Assembly: GCA_951406725.2 (NCBI GenBank)
Contig: OX597814.1
Location: 43,214,001-43,278,000 of the forward strand
Origin: Octopus vulgaris
Lineage: Eukaryota
Direction: 5' to 3'
Length of the DNA stretch: 64,000 nt
The notes under the pieces were generated by a model that worked only from the letters and a program-made list of their open reading frames with translations, had not been told where the DNA came from and ran no database searches. Numbering within the stretch: the first letter of the stretch is position 1; each line of letters opens with the position of its first letter. A program made the position numbers and the translations under genes. Positions 1 to 14,978 of this stretch are shown here, one piece after another.

Positions 1-1549
1 TTTAAACTTGCACAAGGCTAGTATAATCTCTGCACTCCTGTTCAGGAGAGGATTATCAGTCATGACACGTCAAAATTTAAGCTAATTGGAGAACTTCCAA
101 CAGTATGCTTTCGTTGCACTCTAAAGTCAAATAGAAGGAATAAATATTCAATTTTATTGTTAGTGTAACGGGAAAAAGCACTATTACTGGAGCAAATATC
201 TTTTGTAGAGAACATGTTGCTGTTAGAATAAATTCAATATCTAAGCAAATAATATATGGAGAGCTGAGTAAGAAAGAATGAATGGAACTTCTGCAGGGTA
301 TCGAGAAGCAACTTCAAAAATGTGTATCAGTAGCATCAGATAGGGGGATATTTGTCCTGTGACAGAACAATTTTGAGAGTGGCAGATATTCTTTATTATA
401 GACCAGATTTATGATATAAGTTAGAACTTTTTATGTCCATCATGAGTACAACATACGAAGAATCGTTTGTGTTAACAACCTTTTCGAATATTCAAAATCA
501 TTTTCAGTAACTTATTCTATGAGTATTTGAAATCTATTTCTCTTCAGTATACGGAATATATATTTAGAGGTGATTAATACTGTGTCCATTTATTTTCCAT
601 TATTTATCATTTATTTAATATTTGTGTATTTTTGCGCGTATAAATATTTGAAAGTATTTATTTTTATATATGGCTAAACAAAATATATCATATTACTTAA
701 ATATATTTACCCTTATATCTATTTAAATATACGGTTTATTAGGATATTTTCTTCTCTTTATACTTTAATGCTTACCCAATCCATATTATGTTATATATAT
801 ACTTATACCTGTAAACATACTACCTTTCCTCTTTATACGCTTTATACCAAGATTTTTCTATATATAAGCCACTTCATGGTAAATCAGTTCAGAAAGATGA
901 AATCCCGTCTGGAAATGACAGCTGGATTGTAAAAATTAATTCAAATTTCTGTGTTATGAGCGTGTGCGTAAAGTATTAAATCTTACATCAATTACTATAA
1001 AGAAACAAGTAAAAATATTTCAACGAACCATACAATCTAATAAGTTCAGTCCACAACCATCACAATTCACTTCATTATATCTTAAACACTTACCAATTGA
1101 AACTCTTTTATGTCCAGTATATTATCTTGTCATCACAACATAGAATAATACTATATGTGTGTATATAAATGCATATAATATTCTAATTCTTCTCCTACTT
1201 GTAAATACAACAAAAATATATAAACAATTACATCTTCAATACAACAACTCTTTTGTGTATTTAAAATAGTTGGTATAAACATTATGTTTAAATTAACTAA
1301 TAATAATCTTCTATGTTTATTAATTATTTTCTCGTATGATAATTACGTAGTAGATATGAATAGAAACCTAATGAAAATTTCTCTCTACTTAATCTTTCGC
1401 AGAGAGAATTCCGTAATTATTATATTTTAGACTACAACAATGGAAATCAAAATTACTAATTTTTCAGAGGTGACCAGAATTGAATTGACTTAAAAAAATT
1501 ATTATAATACGCACACTATAGAAGGAAGAATCTAGTGAATCGACAGAAA

Positions 1550-2215
1550 ACATCGATACAAACCAAACAAGCGCTTTTTTTAAAGCAAATTGTAAAAACA
1601 TGATGAGAAATGGATTATCTACCGATATGTTCACAGAAAGCGATGTTGGAGTAAGCGACATGAGCCACCCTTAGCCACCTCAAAAGCGGGTCTTCACACT
1701 AAGAAGGTCTTGCTTTGTGTCTGGTGAGATTGGAAAGGAATTCTGTACTATGAGCTTCTCCCAAGTGACCAGTCAATTAATTATGAGAAATACTGCACAC
1801 AACTGGATGAGTTAAAAGCAGCAATTCAAGAGAAACGTCCAGAATTGGCCAATAGGATTGGTGTTGTTTTCCAACGTGATAATGCAAGAACGCACATTTC
1901 TTTGGGAACCAGACAAAAATTGCAGCAGCTCTACTCAGCTGTGTTAGCCTACCCTCCATATTCACCAGATATTGCTCCTTCAGATTTCCACTTTTTCAGA
2001 TCTCTGCAGAATAGTCTTAATGGTAAACATTTCAATTCCTTCGATGAAGTAAAAAGATACCTTGATGAATTATTTGCCATGAAACCACGTCAATTCTGGG
2101 AAGAAGGTATTTTCAAGTTAAAAGAAAACATGAGACGCATTGTGCAACAAAATGGTTCATATTTGGTTGATTAGAAATGTAATAGCATGTATTTATTGAC
2201 CTTTTTCTTTCCTTT
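1550..2215 (+). mobile_element. Mariner (DD34D) transposase relic, C-terminal catalytic half
   Basis: Manual translation gives FLKQIV..DEKWI..., KKVLLCVW*DWKGILYYELL..., and ORF 1845-2174 has VFQRDNARTH and YPPYSPDIAPSDFHFF. Stop codon and frameshift are present. Confidence 0.9.
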
Positions 2216-2218
2216 AAA

Positions 2219-2230
2219 ATACACACACAC

Positions 2231-2307
<77 letters not shown>

Positions 2308-2345
2308 AGATGGACGGACAGTCAGACAGACAGATAGATAGATAT
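2219..2345. repeat. Compound microsatellite (CA)/(TA)/(GA)/(GATA)
   Basis: Visible directly in the sequence. Confidence 0.95.
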
Positions 2346-2795
2346 TTATAAATATATAATAATGTGTTTTAGTAGTCTAACTTTATTATCTGTTTAACTA
2401 AATATATCATAAATACCCGTCTTTTATCATTTTAAGTATACATATAACGGTGTATGTGTGTGTGTGTGCGCATGCTTGTGTGTATGTGCATGCATGTATG
2501 AATGTGTATATATATATATGTATGTGTGTGTGTGAGAGAGTGTGTATCTGTCTGTCTGTGTGTTTCAGGTATATTTGGGCTTTAAACAGAGGTTGAGAGA
2601 GATCATGCTCGGCCACCGAGCATGATCAATATTGATGTGGAAAAATCAAAACGATATGTGTAAAAATATGTGTAAAAATATCTACAAAGTCCTTAGTACA
2701 TTAGATAGGATGTTAGTAATTATTTCTTCATGATTTTCTCAATACAAGGTTTTCCGAATATAATCTCACTTCTTGGAACCAATTTGACGTCGCGT

Positions 2796-2884
2796 AAGTG
2801 TCTTCTACAATAACCTCAGGCCTATTTAAGATTTGTGAGTGGATTTGTTAAACAGAAACTGAAACACATTGTGTGTGTGTGTGT

Positions 2885-2940
<56 letters not shown>

Positions 2941-3280
2941 ACGTGTATATATAAGGTTAAATATTTAAGGTAAGGACAATATATTTCAAACTATATTTGT
3001 GGGTGAATCCCAGGTCCTGTGTCTCTGATTTTATCATTTATACACTCACACACACACACACACATACACATATGCGTATGTGTGTTTGTCTTTGTGTCTG
3101 TATTTGTACCCAACCACCACATGACAAATGGAGTTAATGTGCTAATGTGTTTACGTCCCTCTAACTTAGCTGTACTCGCAAAAGAGACCAAAATAATAAG
3201 TACCATTCTTTAAATGTATAAGTACTGGAATCGATTTTTCCAGTTAAAATTCTTCAAGATGGTGCCCCAGCATGGCCACA
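2796..3280 (+). mobile_element. SINE family A, body and 3' part with internal (GT)n/(CA)n
   Basis: Body AAGTGTCTTCTAC...GTGAGTGGATTTG overlaps the 5' copy at 28580. The 3' tail GGTGCCCCAGCATGGCC matches the minus-strand copy near 30840. Confidence 0.75.
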
Positions 3281-3743
3281 CATAATTGTATAGACAATCT
3301 AGATGGTGGTAGAATATAAGACACCAGACCGTAATCTGGGCTCCCTTACTTGAGTGTAAGACAAATCTGTTAAAGTATATGGATTTTTACACGAAATGTT
3401 TGCTTTTAGTGTTTTTCTCCTTACCCTTACAAATTTTAATGTCCACAATCGGAGTTTGATATTTAAAATGCATTTAGAGAGGGGTAAAGCATCGACAAGA
3501 ATAAGGCATCCGCATTTGAAGTCATCATAACTTCCCTAAATACACCATCTTCCACCGTGAAAAACAAAAGAATATATGCATGCTTCTAACAATTTTAGCA
3601 GAAAAACACCTTGAAACAGCTCAACCATCTGGAGTGCAAAATTACTAATCAGTTCAAGTCACGAAACAGCTTTGGACTCAAATGGCAGTATCGTTCTTCG
3701 AATAATGATTGTTTCATTCAATGGGAATCCAGACTGGTTCTTA

Positions 3744-4206
3744 TATTTATTTCTTTATTGCCCATTGGTGCCTAAATATAGAGGGGATGAACAATAACAG
3801 ACAAAGGGATTAAGTCGATTAAATCGACACCAGTACTTAATTTATCGACCCCGAAAGGATGGATGGCAAAGTTGACCTCGGCCGAATTTGAACTCAGAAC
3901 GTAACGACAGACGAAATACCGCAAAGCATTTCGGTGGAATTCGAACTCAAAACGTAAAGACAGAAGAAATACCTATTTCTTTACTACCCACAAGGGGCTA
4001 AACACAGAGGGGACAAACAAAGACAGACAAACGGATTAAGTCGATAATATCGACTCCAGTGCATAACTGGTACTTATTTAATCGACCCCGAAAGGATGAA
4101 TGGCAAAGTCGACCTCGGCCGAATTTGAACTCAGAACGTAACGACAGACGAAATACCGCAAAGCATTTCGTCCGGTGTGCTAACGTTTCTGTCAGCTCGC
4201 CGCCTT
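3744..4206 (-). mobile_element. Tandem/concatenated copies of tRNA-type SINE family B
   Basis: Two copies of ATCGACCCCGAAAGGATG..GGCAAAGT.GACCTCGGCCGAATTTGAACTCAGAACGTAACG. This is the reverse complement of the full copy at 46827-47062 and has a B-box-like GAGTTCAAATTC. Confidence 0.85.
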
Positions 4207-5529
4207 AGACTTGTTCTCATATTGTTGCTCAAATGTAGCAAATGAAGAGCACGTGATTAACTTTTACCAAATATTTCACAGATTTAACTTATGTAATGTC
4301 GAATTTATTGACGGTGATAGGAACGTAAATATCGTGAACCATGCTAGAGAACAGATCTGTTATCAGTGGAAATACCAAATATCCCCATGACTTTGAAAAT
4401 GAATAGGAAAGAGTTTCTATTTTCCTTTATCTTTCTGTCATCTTTGCAGAATACACATAGAGATTAAGCTGATTATGTTTACATGTAAGAATATGCATCC
4501 AAAACAATTGGATTACATTCAAATAAAAAGAAAACGAAAGAATACTCCACTAAACAATGAAGTTTACAGAAATTTGTCGGAAAAGATTTGGTTGAGATTC
4601 AGAGTAAATATGATGTTAATAAAAATATAGACCATATAGTGACTCAAGAAAATGTTTCATCTATGTAGAAGTGAGAAGCTTAGATGTTCACGAAATCTCC
4701 AACTCCCTTTTCAAAGAAATACAAATTCAAAAGCTGCTGATGCATATAATCCAAAATTAGAAACAAAGACAAGGTAGTTCTAGTGAAATCAAGGAAAAAT
4801 ATTAAGGCAAAGGGACTAATTAAAGTAATCTCATCAGAGTTAAGAATACATCGTCAAACCTATGAACAAGAATATGAACCTATCTTCAAAATAAAATATG
4901 CGCGAAAATTCTTCAGAGAACGTCTTCTTTCCCCGAGTCAGCTGTACATGAAATGACAAGAACAAATAATAGAAAAGGGAGTAAATTGAAGGAAACCATC
5001 CTAAATAGCTAATTAAAAAACAATGGAACACTTCCCTAACTCGAATTGACAATCACCAGCCATCATGAGCAAAATACAATTAATGTTTAAAGAAGAAAAA
5101 ACTTAGAAGTTAGAAAACATATTGCTATAAAACAAACGTTCAATGAAGCACATTATTATGTTTTAATTGTTTTAATTTATGTACAACGAAGCAGTAACGA
5201 ACTTTCTTGTAACATACAAGTAATATATTGTGAAATTAATATATTTTTTTTATAATTGGAATACTTCTGTGATCTTCTTAGTATGATAAATTGACTTTGA
5301 TAAGCAAAAGATTTCCCGTCGAAGGCAGTCAAACTCTACTCAGAACGTGTTACAACTGACCATGTGTGAACACGTAAGAACAGCGAGAGACCGAGGTAGA
5401 CTGTGACAAATAAATATATGAATATGTATATACAGATAGAAACATAGATAGATACACGGATAGATAGATAAGCAGTTTGATATGTATTAATGTATGTATG
5501 TTTGTACGCACGTATGCATGTATGTATGT

Positions 5530-5685
5530 GGGTAGGTAGGCAGATGGGTAGGTAGGTAGGTAGGTAGGTAGGTAAGTAGGTAGGTAGGTAGGTAGGTAGG
5601 TAGGTAGGTAGGTAGGTAGGTAGGTAGGTAGGTAGGTAGGTAAGTAGGTAGGTAGGTAGGTAGGTTGGTAGGTAGGTAGGTAGGA
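5530..5685. repeat. (TAGG)n tetranucleotide microsatellite
   Basis: Visible directly. It explains the PTYL-repeat ORF 5336-5755. Confidence 0.95.
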
Positions 5686-5902
5686 AGATAATTACGGAGC
5701 TAACTAACTGGCTAGCTAGATAGGCAGACAAAGGTAGCGAGATGAATAGTATCATGATATTTCATATTGTGATGAACGCAATTTATTAATATCTAACAGA
5801 AAATAACAAACATTTATCCGTAAGTTTTTTAATAACCTTCTTTTGAAAGGTTACAGAAAGGTACAGAAAAATAGGTGTCGGTGCTTAGGTATATACATCG
5901 AT

Positions 5903-7045
5903 ATTAGGTCATCAAGTATGAAATTGAAGAAAAGAAAAAATGTTTGCTAATGTTGTATAAATACAAATAATAGTTTTATTCATCAACGTATGCACCCATA
6001 TTGTCAGTACACTTGCTATTTGAGCGATAGCTTGTTGAACCCGGAACTATAAAAGCCTGGCAATCTAGAATCAGTAAAATCTTAGAAGGCCTGTTTTACA
6101 GCATCGTCGGAATTAAATTCTTTTCCTATGAAAATGTTACCCAATGTCTGGAAAGATCAGGTATGATGGATGATGGAGAACTTCCAACATCAACTCCCGT
6201 AGTTTCGCCAATGTCATTTTTGTAATGTGTGGTCTGGCATTGACTTGCAATAAAATAGGAGTGGATCTGTTGAATAATTTTGGCTTGTTTTGTAAGTTTC
6301 TCCATCATTTGATCCAGTTGGTTGCAGTATACTTCGGCCGTGATTGATGAACTAATTTTGATGAAATCATAATGGATCACAATTGCGCCAGACCAGCAAA
6401 CACACATCATCAGCTGTGGACTGTGTTTTGGGGGGTCGTCTTTGTCCAGCCAATGTGCTGAACGTTTACAGTTGTTGTATTGGATCCATTTCTCATCACA
6501 TGTTACAATTCGATTCAAAAATTATTCATTTTTGTGACGAGAAAGTAGCATAATGTAGGCTTCCAAACGTTGCTGTTTTTGATTTTCATTGAGTTCATGT
6601 GGAACCCACTTATCCAACCTTTTTCTTTTCCGATTTGAACAAGGTGAGTCAATATTGTTTACTTGCTAACACCAAACAACAACAATAATTCACGGGCATT
6701 TTGAGATGGATCTGACTCTAAGGTGGCATTCAGTTCGTCATCACCTTTGTTTCTGGTCGAGCGCGTTGCTCATTTGTGAGGTCAAAGTTGAAAGAACGAA
6801 ATTTTGCAAACCCGTTTGATACTATCTGCATTAGAATGAAATATTCCATTAATATTCCGAGCTGTCTGTGATGCTGTGTTTCCAAGAAAGAACTCATATT
6901 TAAAGACTGTACGAATTTCCGACTTATCCATCTCTAAATAAAAATAGCAAAAAACGATTTATAAACACTTTATAAAGCACAAGATGAATAAGAATGAAGC
7001 AATAGATGTGTTAGCATTCTAACAAAAAATAAAGAATGTCAAAAT
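5903..7045 (-). mobile_element. Near full-length degenerate mariner element
   Basis: Minus strand reads MDKSEIRTVFKYEFFLGNTASQTARNING (start ~6931), KWVPHELNENQKQQRLEA (~6610) and RIVTCDEKWIQYNN (ORF 6126-6518). A TIR-like TATTAGGTCATC lies at 5902. The other TIR is not evident. Confidence 0.88.
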
Positions 7046-7049
7046 ACAT

Positions 7050-7261
7050 TAATACATATACATACAAACACACCCACATACACACATACACACACACATA
7101 CACACACACAACCACACATATATACATATATATGCATACATACATGTATAGATACATATATATATATATAAGTCGGTTGGTAGGTCAATAGATAATAAGA
7201 GAGATGGATAAGCGTGTACATCGATTGATTGATAGATAGATAGATAGATAGATAGACAGAC

Positions 7262-7340
<79 letters not shown>

Positions 7341-7392
7341 ATGATGGATGGCATGTCTTTAAAAGATGGAGTGTTTAATGTCTTTACAAATC

Positions 7393-7432
<40 letters not shown>

Positions 7433-7510
7433 ATATATACATACATAGGTACCTATACACACATACATGCCTATGTATATACATATATACATACGCACAT
7501 ACGTATATAG
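7050..7510. repeat. (CA)/(TA)/(GATA)n microsatellite cluster
   Basis: Visible directly. Confidence 0.95.
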
Positions 7511-8310
7511 ATATATGCAGTAGAAGAGAGGTCAGGAAACAAACGGGTAGTGACGAATTAATCAGACAGAGTTGACAAAAATTATAACAATTTTAATATA
7601 GATTTATCTAATAGCCCGACAGTATTGCATGTTTCTCAGCTCATTTTGGCCTTAAACTGCTCATTAATCATAACATAGAACGAAGAAGAAACATCTTTCG
7701 TGAAGGCTTCTCACACACAAAGCATAAGAAACATCATTCTACACATATTGCTAAAACAGATTGTGGAAAGAGCAAAGAGCAACTATTACTTCAGCAACTT
7801 GAATAAGCTCCAAAAGAGATCGGACTACAAGCAATGAATATGAGGTTGAGTTAAGGTTTTCTAATAGAAGGGAAAAAAAAAACATTATAATACCAAACAG
7901 TGTACGATTTCATGAGTAGTAATGTCAAAAATTATGAGATAGTACGAACTATAATTTTTAGGTACACCGTTTGATAAATTGCATTTTACAGGAAAATACT
8001 ATTTTTAGTCGAATTATTAAATGACACCTGGTTACTGTGTATGATTCTCTTGAAAAAATGTGAGAACTTAAAACGGTTATGCCACGTATTATTATGGAAA
8101 TTGGTACATAGTAAACGAAGAGGTGACATCTAGTCAAATTTACATGGTGGAGGATAGAGAAGCGTAAACTGTTTTGCAGGATCCTAAGTTGCCCGGCATG
8201 ATAAGAAAGTTAATATAAGAGTTAAACACACATACATATGCATATTTATATAGATATCATATATGTATGTATACTATACAAATTATACATTACATCTTAT
8301 ATATGTATGC

Positions 8311-8346
<36 letters not shown>

Positions 8347-8863
8347 GTATATATGTATGTATGTATGTGTGTGTGTGTGTGTGTGTGCATGTGGGTATTT
8401 GTGTGTGTGTGTGTGTGCATGTGTGAGTATATCTGCATGTGTGAGTGTATGTAGGTACGTATGTATGTACATGTGTATATACGTTTGTGTACGTATATTT
8501 ATGTATGCATATCAATTTCGAGGTTTATTTTTAGGAAATCTCATAACTCATAAATTAACACTCAATCACTGCAGCGGGACGAAATTTGGTTATACAATAT
8601 ATGATGTATGATGATTTACATACGCATGCAGACATGTTTGTGAGACAGTACCTATGCAAATAAACACGAATCTCATACTGCATGACCAAATTCGTCAGAA
8701 TGCAATCATTGAGTGTTAATTTAAGAGTCTTTAGAAGTCATAAAAATATATCTTGAAAATGATAAACGCATTAGCGCTTCCGGTCTTTTGGTTATCTCTT
8801 CGATGTTAGATATTTTAATAGTAATTCTGCTCAGAATCTGATATGAGAAATATGATATGAAAA

Positions 8864-8945
<82 letters not shown>

Positions 8946-9431
8946 GAAAGGGCGTAAATTTCAGTTCGGAAAGAGATTAATTTCATTCGGACTCGTGTAA
9001 GTTGGCACACCTTGTAAAGGCATAATCATTTACTTTAATCAATATATCTATTTTAACGTATTGTTTGCGAAATGAAAATATAAATCAATGCAATCAACTC
9101 TTTAATAATACATTATTATTGAATTTAGATTAATTACGACGAATGTAAGCACAATTTTTCAGCGAATGTAACTCATCCATGGTGTCGTAATATAAAAATG
9201 GTTCTTCAGAGTTACAGGAAATTTTTGAAAACTTTTACAGCATTACATCAGATGCATTCTAGGTAGGGTATTGTAGTACCTACATATTGTAGATTTATGT
9301 ATTCTGTGATCATTAAGGCTCTTTCCACAAACTTATTTATTTTCATATCTTGTAATTAAAGAAAATGTTGTTTCAATGACTGAATTTTTTTCCAAAAGTA
9401 ACCACTTGCTAAATATTTTACTGAGTATGCT

Positions 9432-9474
<43 letters not shown>

Positions 9475-11387
9475 ATCTATATATTTAACTCCAGATTTGA
9501 ATATCACTTGGAATTGTATAAAAGTCCGTTATTTTACATATTGCCCTCTTTAATATCTGTATTAATAGCATTTATCGCTCACATTTTTTACTCAGATCTC
9601 ATGGCTCTTGCATTCTCTCGAATAGATAACATTATTTAATGAAATTCCTTATATTACCATTATTAACGTAAATTTGGAAAGTAAAAGGTAATGTATTAGT
9701 TGTGTGAACAGGTTATTTCATAAATGACTCGTTCACATGTGCAGCATCTATAAGCATAATGATAAATTCGTTTCACTAAATATAATCGATGTATAATGAA
9801 GCAGCCAGTTTTGTAGCTGGCTACCTGCTGTGTCGGAAATCGTTGCACAAATGGATGAGATATAATATTCTCAGATGAAATATTCTACATAACAATATCA
9901 GAATACCATAGTTACGAATTAAAGCATATAATAAGCGTCTATGACCTCAATCTACCAATGTACCAGCAAATCATTGCAATTCAGTTAATTTACATTAATT
10001 AAATTTCAATGAATACTCATTCATCGATAAGAAATATATTTTGATGTTACGGATTGGAAAATGTAGTTATGAGGACGTAACATTTGATAACGTAACTGAA
10101 TTTTATATGAAGATTTAAGTTTAAATTTAGTGACTGAAATAGGTGTAATGATATTTTGAACAGATAGAAAAGAGCAAAATTATCGAAAGACAACGTATGC
10201 ATCTAATGCTGGAGGAGCGGTTTCTCTGCCCAGTTAGTTAAAATACATATCATAAAATACAACACATATCACAGCGTGTTTATACAGGTGAGAAATGCAT
10301 AAATACATGTATACATACATATGTATATAAATGCATCTCATATACATTTATTTATGAATGTGCGCGCATGTGTGTGTGTTTATGTGTGCGTGGGTGTATA
10401 TGCATAGATAGATGGAAACGTACTCATTTCGTGGATACACGACAATCCGTTTCTGCTGGGTCTTTTCAACATAAGTGCCCAACAAATATTAATACGATAG
10501 AGAAACTTACATGACTTCAATTTGTTCTGAGATACATAAAAGAATAATTAAATAAGAACCTTCTTATAAATGCAATCATTAATATTACATGATGTGTGAA
10601 ACGTTATCACTCCTTTATACAGTGAAAGCGAAGTAACAGCCAGAAAATATGTCGTCTAATACACGACATGAAAAAAGTACGACAGAAATCGGATTACCAC
10701 ATCTCTCAAATCTACATGCAAAATGAATCCATTCTTGACTAGTAATCAAAAGAGATAGAGGTGTTGAATATGACTGTCTGATAAACAAATAAACCGAGGA
10801 GAATAAGCTGAATCATTTATTTCCACACGTTGCATGAGCCGTAAAGAGATACCGAAATACTGAAGATTATTTAGTGCGCATCAATCTCATTCCGAATTCA
10901 CTCCGATGTCGTTAGAATAATTATGTATATGTATTATAATACTACTGTCGCATCCCTACCAAATTCATGTAATTTCTCATTCATGAAATTATATAAAAAT
11001 TGAGATAGAAATGTATAACCTTTCCGAATGCAATAAAACCATGTGCGAATTACGATCATAAGATTAATATGGCCACCTATGTGTTAATCGGTTTGTTTAT
11101 AGCGAAAATTTTCGAGATATTTATCTTCATAAAATTCAAGCAATTATTAGAGCAACATTTACACTATTTCTGAGATAAGAGGGAGCAATATTATATATAT
11201 ATACATATATTTAACGTATGAAATAAATTCCAAAGTTGTTACAAGAATATTATGTAAAGTAATGTTTAAAAGTGTTCATAGCACATAAAGAATAAAAAAT
11301 ATCTAAAATGTAGATCCACGTTCATATGTGTGCGCGTGTGTGCCTGTGTATGTTTGTGTGTATGTGCGTATGTATGTATATGTGAAG

Positions 11388-11682
11388 ATGAGTGTGTTAG
11401 AAGTTAGGGTATTTGGTTCACGATCGTGAGATCAATTGACTGCGGCACTTTGTGTCCTTGAGAAGACACTTTATTTCATGTTGCTGCAGACGACTCAGCT
11501 GCCAAAAATAAGTAACACCTGTACTTCAAAGGTTCAGCCTTGTCGCATTCTGTGTCATGCTAAATCTCGCAGAGAACTATGTTAAAAGCACACGTGTCTG
11601 TGGAGTGCTCAGTCAATGTCACGAGTAGGCAATTTGGTTGATCGGATCAACTGGAACCCTCGCCGTCGTAACAAACGGAGTG
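11388..11682 (+). mobile_element. Degenerate tRNA-type SINE family C
   Basis: A tRNA-like head is followed by TGTGTCCTTGAGAAGACACTTTATTTC...ACTCAGCTG..AAAAATAAGTAAC, a typical conserved SINE central-domain pattern. Confidence 0.6.
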
Positions 11683-11998
11683 TTTTATATTTGTATATTT
11701 GTAAAAGAGTTGAGATAAATTTTGCAGCAAAATTGCTACGGTACCGCGTCGACCAGTTACCTCGGTCTGTTATGTGCATTGAGGTTGCTATTAAATTTTA
11801 TATCTGACACATTCTCCTCACTGGAGATTTCAATCCGGACAGAAATTATCCCCAAATGACAATATTCTAGAAAATTATGGATGACATCAAGGTTAAGCCA
11901 TGGCTGTGTTAAAGTTTACAATATATTTTACTTTTGCATTTCAATGAGTGCATACTTGTGTCAATGTTTTCTATTTCATTGTTGATAATATATTTCTT

Positions 11999-12057
11999 CA
12001 TATTTTATTCATATCTTACAGCTCATAACATATTTTATTCATATCTTACAGCTCATA
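11999..12057. repeat. 30-bp direct tandem duplication
   Basis: CATATTTTATTCATATCTTACAGCTCATA occurs twice. Confidence 0.9.
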
Positions 12058-12146
12058 CTGCACAATCTTAAGCCAGATTACCGAAGTGATATTATGAATA
12101 TAGAGAAGAATATTGATTCATTTATTTGTGCATGCTCACAAATGTT

Positions 12147-12213
<67 letters not shown>

Positions 12214-12280
12214 GTGTGTGTGTGGGTGTGTGTTTCTGTGTTCAATTTTATGTATATATATATATACATATGTATGCATA

Positions 12281-12323
<43 letters not shown>

Positions 12324-14440
12324 ACATATGCATATATATATATATACATGTATTGATATATGCGTATGTGTGTATGTGTATGTATGTGTGTCTGTGTGTA
12401 TCAATAGCAGTATTGTTGGTATCAAACCATCGATTCGAGAGGTATATAATTATACCGATTGATGAAAGAGTATTCAATAAAATTAAATGAAATTGTTTTA
12501 AAGCATTTGGAAAATGTGAATATGAGAAACATATATCACGAAATTCAAATGAACATAGTGCTCTATTTATAAACTATATCAAAGCATATAAAATGCGATA
12601 TATTTGATTTAGTAATCTACTTACGAGATATTTGTACGTCTTGAAATAAAGATAAATTTGCCTAGTAACTGACACCATCCTTAGAACTATTGCTTTGATA
12701 GATGTATGATCTTTTAGTAAATCCGATAATTATAATTCGTAAGATTCTATGTCAGAAAGTATGAATAAACTGAAAAGGAAAAATCTAGACGGGGAAATAT
12801 ATAGCATTTAAATTGACTGTAAATCTTACAGAGTCGGAAAATATTTATGCGTCGACACACCGATACACAAAAACACACACACGCACACACTTACACACAC
12901 ACGTGTACATACATGCACTCATGCATACACATACGTACATGCATACATGCATACATACATACATACATAAATACATACATACATACATACATATATTCAT
13001 ACATGCAAGCATACAGGCACAAAAACTCATATATGGGGTAGGTTTATGGCTGCGGTTGAGTGAGTTGTTGTTTTGACTATATAAGTGTGAACGTGTCACT
13101 TTGTAAAATGTGTACGTAATGATTTTAAAAGATGGGCGTATTTGCATCGTTTCGTAAAAGCATATCTAGGAAGAGAAATTAATACATTTATTCTGCGTTA
13201 GACATTTTTTGCAAAATTAAAATATTTAGTATTCGTGGCTCTATCGATTTGGGTGTGTTCATAAAGCGGTACGGCCATCTACTACTCTCCTGAAGCGTTC
13301 ATGCTCTGTGTTTAGTGAATCAACGAATCTGAAGCTTAATATTTGATTATACAAAATTGGAACTTTTATATTTTCTTTGAGTTTGTTGACATTTCTTCCG
13401 TGCAAATACCTCATACTTTGTGGAAGGATATTGAATTTGTCCTGCAATTTGAAACATAGGCTATTGGGATAGGTATTTGTATGCCAAAAGTTAGAGAGTA
13501 CCATGTTTAGATGTATAGAAGAGCATTAAATTTAGTTATTTGCAAGCTTTGAACGTAATTTTTGTTGCGAGTCTCACCAATATGTGTTAAGAATCAATCA
13601 CTATATCGCTCTCATCCTTTTGCACTTGGTAATTGATAATTTTATCCAGTTTTTCAGCTGTTTCGATCAATATCTTAAAAGTTATGTGAATAAAACCTAG
13701 ACTTGGACTGCGATTTCATGACCGAAACTAGTATTTCAGACATTTGTGTAGATATTAGTTCTCACAAATAAAACTAACAAATTGTAACTTTCTGATGTAA
13801 TCATCTGGTAATTTGCGATGTGTAAGAAATCAGTGTAAATATGTCACACTTATTCGGTACTTTTAGAATTGCAATCTGAAGCTTTCCTGAAATGAAACTT
13901 ATACTCTATATTCTACCTGTTTCTATATGATGATAAGTTACTTTTGTGGATTGTTGACTTAAATACATGGATTTAAGACATATTATTGACGTAAAGAAAG
14001 CGGCTGCTTTAGAGTTAACGTAAAGTTTACTGACCCCCGAAGCAATCTATTGACAATTTCTTTCAGCATTTTGTACACTTTTATAAGGGTACACTTAGCG
14101 GCATCTCAACACAATTTTCTTTATTTACATATCTTAGAACATTCCCTTTAGTTTTCAAGTTAGGCTGAATATATGTAGCTTCTGGCGTATTGTTGAAATC
14201 TTGAAAGTATAATATCCAAGATATGATACGTTTGTACGTTTACATTTCTTTACGTCAAACACATTGTGATGATAATGTAGAATATTCAATAGGTTTTCTT
14301 CTCACTAAATAATTATCACATTGTAACGTAATGTGATTCATTCTACTGGTTTATTTCACCAAGCTTCTGCAGCATAAAAAGGAAATTTACTGTTTTCGGG
14401 AAATATCTTGAAATATTTTAAATAACATATAGTTCTATAT

Positions 14441-14978
14441 TTAAGAGATGAGGAATTAAGTACATTATTTACATTATTTACAATTGTCAGATATTTGTCC
14501 TCATCTTGTTTGTTGTTAACTCAATAAAGCCATCCATGCAGTTCAGAATGGAAGAAGAAAGAGACAATCATCTAGAATTCCTGAACGTTTTAATAACACG
14601 CACCAAGTAGGGATTCAGCATATCCGTATACCGCAAGCCGACCTTCACTGGACGATAATCAACTTCAACTCCATCATCTATACAATTTAAATAGAGGGAT
14701 TGCTCAGCTCGAGCAATGAATATAAGTAGCGAGCCTGATACCCAACAGGAAGAAATAATCAAGCTCAGTAACAATATATTAAGCAACAACTACCCCAAAA
14801 GCGTACTCTCCACTCCAATTATGAAGAAAAGAGAGAATGAAACCGATAAACTCTCCACAGTCTGTCTACCCTATGTGAAATGCCTCTTCCATAAGATACA
14901 AAGAATATGTGGACCATATGACATCAGGACAGTATTCAAACGTAATACAACACTTCGCAAATATCTCCTTCGAGTAAA
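14441..14978 (+). mobile_element. Penelope-like element reverse transcriptase (thumb/linker) fragment
   Basis: Reads NSIKPSMQFRMEEERDNHLEFLNVLITR..SVYRKPTFTG..NFNSHH, then LPYVKCLFHKIQRICGPYDIRTVFK..TLRKYL. These match the PLE patterns FT.E.E...L.FLD, VYRKPT.T..YL and LPY...S..I.R. Confidence 0.85.

Noticed and set aside
255-450. Possible mariner C-terminal tail (LQKCVSV..GGY)
   Set aside because: Too short and degenerate, with no catalytic motif or TIR to support it.
12078-12490. Overlapping ORFs rich in YI/IY/CV/HT, and similar ones throughout the window
   Set aside because: These are translations of (TA)n/(CA)n microsatellites, not genes.
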